Assembly (NCBI RefSeq): GCF_009914755.1
Contig: NC_060928.1
Strand: one strand, 5' to 3'
DNA from: the human T2T-CHM13v2.0 reference genome, Homo sapiens
DNA: 64,000 nt
In this document: one piece after another, positions 58,837-64,000 of the stretch
Position numbering within the stretch: position 1 is the stretch's first letter
Layout of the letters: each line of letters begins with the position of its first letter
The notes under the pieces: generated by a model
The model's input: only the letters and a program-made list of their open reading frames with translations
The model's database searches: none
What the model was told of the DNA's origin: nothing
Made by a program: the position numbers and the translations under genes

Positions 58837-61225
58837 CATAGTACTGGCGGATTACACAAATGCTGAAGAGATATAGAATAAAAAAAATTAAAATATACAG
58901 GATTAAAGTCAGGCAAGTAAACGCTCCCAGGGAGTGACTTTTGAGTGACATAAACTGTTAGAAAAGTGACAAAATTACAGGCCATCAGATGCTACACATT
59001 AAAAAGTAAAAGAATGAGGGAGTTATGTGGTTAAAATAGACAACTGTATTTGCTTGGCTGCAGCAAAAAGGCTGAGAATAATGAAAAACAGTTTTTGAAA
59101 AGTCAGGAAAGGTATATGGGCTTGAAGGGATGCCAGAGGACTTTGTATTTACTTACATAGGTTAATTTATATAGGTAATATGGAATTAGTACTGATATCA
59201 ATAATTACAGAATGCCATAGGATGGAATATCATTTGAATAACTATTTTAGCATAAACTAAAGGCTAGTGGTCCAGCTAGGAGCTTCCTGCAATTGACCTA
59301 GAATGATGTGAAAGGGGTGAAACTAAAAGTGATAATGTGGAGAAAATATCTGCAGGACTCAGAGTTACTGAGTACAGAAGGAGAGGAGTCAAAATTACAC
59401 CCAGTTACCAATCTAGCAACTAAAAATTTCAAGACGAAATAAATTTTGTTCTAATCTGCCCAGAGAACTTCGAAGAAAATTTCTGAAGAATAGGTTATTT
59501 GCATATTCTATTAGTTGCTGAATGCTACTCTAAAAAAAATAGGCACTATTTTTTGATAAACAGTAAAATCCCTTTCCCTTGTCTTTGGTAAACACCTGAA
59601 TGTGTTATAACTTAGTAGCTGATGGCTTGTTATCCTCCTTTTGCCAAGGCTACTCTCTATTTGATTTTGTCTCCATATCCATTTAACATGTGATTGTTAT
59701 AAATTTCAACAGTTGAAAAACAAATAGCTGGCTGAACTCTCTGCTTCAGTCTTTTGGATACTTTGCTTCTTGGTAAGTGATCAGTATTTTGATATTGTTG
59801 TAGTAATAACAGGAAATGATCTGTTAAAATCTGGATCTCTAGCCACAGACGAATGCCAGCGTAAAAAGGAGAGCTAGTCTAAGAATAAAATCTATGAAAA
59901 ACAGTTTGGGCCATTATTTCTGGGACCACAGGGAGAAAACCGTAATTTGCCCTCAACATTGAAAAAGTGAATACATAGTGGAAGAACATCTTATAGTGAT
60001 CACTGAACTGCATCAGTGGAAAGCTCATGGCTACAAACTCAGTAATCAAAATAATTGAGGTGGCAAACGCTAGTGCTTCAAACATAATAATGTGAAATAC
60101 CATTTCCTGAAATAAAAATTCACTCAAAATGTTTCACAAGAATACAGAACAATTTTAAATTGGTCCGATTATAATTTTGCTTCTGTTTGCAAAATAGCAA
60201 GCTGGTTCTACTCGGCAGAAAAGACAAGAGGGACACTTAATGGTCGTGGAGGTAATCATGGAATATATAATATTAAAAAATAGATTGGTTAATAGTAGTA
60301 AAAAATAACCTTAACTTTTCACATAAAATTGCCATGGATTATAGACATTCTCTTAGATTTTATAGTGGGGAGTGTTCTAATTATTAGACTTAAGATTTTT
60401 CCTGTTGATAGGATAAATCATGATCATGAACAATTAATAAACTGATCTGTGAGGCTTTCTTTCTCATCATCTCCCTCTCTCCAAGGCTTTCTGGATAAAA
60501 CTGCACAAAAACAATCCCAACTAAATGGCAGACTATGAAACACAGGCAGCTTCCTTGTAGAAGACTGGTAAACAGCCTTGTATTGCAAAAACTTCCAAAT
60601 ACCATACCCCAGGGAGTCATAGTAGAAGACTGGAAGGCCAAAATAATATGGGCAAAAGAAGATAATCCTGGTTTTAAAAGATCTGCAAAGCAAAAATATT
60701 CACATGTAACCATAACTACATTAATTATATTCCCTGTTTTATGTAACATATTTTGCAAATTTTATCTCTTTAAAAAGCTAATTGATGAATTAAAATAACC
60801 TAGAATTCACTTAAAAATAAAATATAATAAATATTTTACTAAGAATTTTATAGCAGTAACAATTTTCTAAAACACTAGATAAGTTATCAAGTATTTCATA
60901 TATTTCACTGATAAAAATTTATATTGTAATATATTAATTTCTACTAAATTACTAGTCATAATGACTAAAGGAGCAGAAGGCATGGTTGCTAAAATTACTT
61001 TTCAAGATTTGTCAGTGTTTTAGTCATTGAACACTTTCAAATGAGAATAAATGTACAAAACATCACTTGGTTCTGAATACAAAAATCATCTGTTTCAAAT
61101 TAATTGTTGTTACTCACATAAAAACAATGATAGTCTGGATTCAAGACTAGGCTTGAGAAGCAAATAACTAGCTGATATTACAAATAGTTTTTCCAACATT
61201 CTGGCTTCTCAACAATGTCCTCTTT

Positions 61226-63022
<1,797 letters not shown>

Positions 63023-63344
63023 AAAAATGTCTTCTTTAGCTTCACCTCTATCTTCTTCAGCAGGAAGTAAACTTACATCTCCTCTACACTCTCATTCACT
63101 GATTAGAGAGCTCACGACTTTCTAATTTCTGGCTTGATTGGTTAGAGACCTATTGTTTCCTCAGTAGACTGTAAGCAACTGGAAGGCAAGGTTTACATTT
63201 TCATCTTTGTTTCCTTACTATATTTCTTAACTAAACCCAATAGATATGCACACACACCAAAACACAATTGAATGAATAAGTCCTTTTAGAGTTGTGTATT
63301 TATTAGTGTTCTGTGACTGTGTATTTTTAAATTCAACAATTTTT

Positions 63345-63648
63345 GTTTTTTTTTTTGCTGTTGTTTTTGAGACAGGGTCTCTGTCACCCAGACTAGAGTG
63401 CAGTGGTGTAATCATAGCTCACTGCAGCCTCAACCTCCTGAGCTCAAACAATCTTCCTGCTCTCAGCCTGCTGAGTAGCTGGGACTACAGGTGCACGCCA
63501 CCATGCCTGGCTAATTATTTTTTTAAATTTTTGTAGTGACAAGGTCTTGCTATGTTGCCCAGGCTGGTCTTAAACTCCTGGGCTCAAGCAATCCTCCCAC
63601 CTTGGCCTCCCAAAGTGCTATTACAGCTGTGAGCCATTGCACCCAGAC
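63345..63648 (-). mobile_element. AluJ
   Basis: gcagcctcaacctcctgagctcaa and ctcctgggctcaag diagnostics. TSD caacaattttt / ccacaattttt. Confidence 0.92.
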
Positions 63649-63944
63649 CCCACAATTTTTACATAAAGTTTCTAGTAATCAGCTCATAAACTGATTTTGA
63701 AAGTGTCTTATACCCAGATTATATGTGAAATTAAAATTTTTCATATAACTGCAGTTTGTCCAATACTCAAAAGCACTGACTGACTGCAAATAAATCAGTG
63801 AATTTGCTGTCATTGTTTTCTGAACCGTTAAAATGGCTTTTCCAATCTTGGTTTTTTATTCACAGGTCCTATACAGTTAAGAAATATAGTTACTTCAAAT
63901 CTAGCATCTTTTAGGTGATTCTTATGTAAAACAAGTACAATAAG

Positions 63945-64000
63945 TTATTTTTAAAATCAGTTCTGTTGAGGTATAATTCATATACAATAAACTGTGCCTA
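63945..64000 (-). mobile_element. Start of an L1M 3' end running off the window
   Basis: ttgaggtataattcatatacaataaactg is a typical L1M(B/C) 3' terminus. Confidence 0.55.

Noticed and set aside
60650-60682. KPGLSSFA on - strand resembling an NTPDase motif
   Set aside because: Flanking residues do not continue the family pattern and no other apyrase regions are present.

Overview
This is AT-rich primate (human-like) genomic DNA, roughly two-thirds transposon-derived by eye. It contains many LINE-1 copies of different ages (L1ME/MC/MA through L1PA3/4-like), about 12 Alus (J, S, Y), an ERV1 provirus with MER61-like LTRs, a solo LTR10-type LTR, THE1/MST and LTR33-type LTRs, L2/MIR relics and two MITEs. 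I recognise no cellular protein-coding gene, tRNA, rRNA or CRISPR array. The longer ORFs in the track are L1 ORF1/ORF2 remnants or Alu/LTR/microsatellite artefacts, so the window looks intronic or intergenic. I found no evidence for a new multi-gene system. The notable signals are structural: a perfect 20-bp hairpin apparently made by template switching inside an ancient L1, a probable 5' transduction on a full-length L1PA, a TSD-bounded three-level nested insertion, a twin-primed L1 with a ~1 kb gap, and several micro-inversion junctions. Subfamily names are assigned from memory of consensus motifs and need RepeatMasker/Dfam confirmation.
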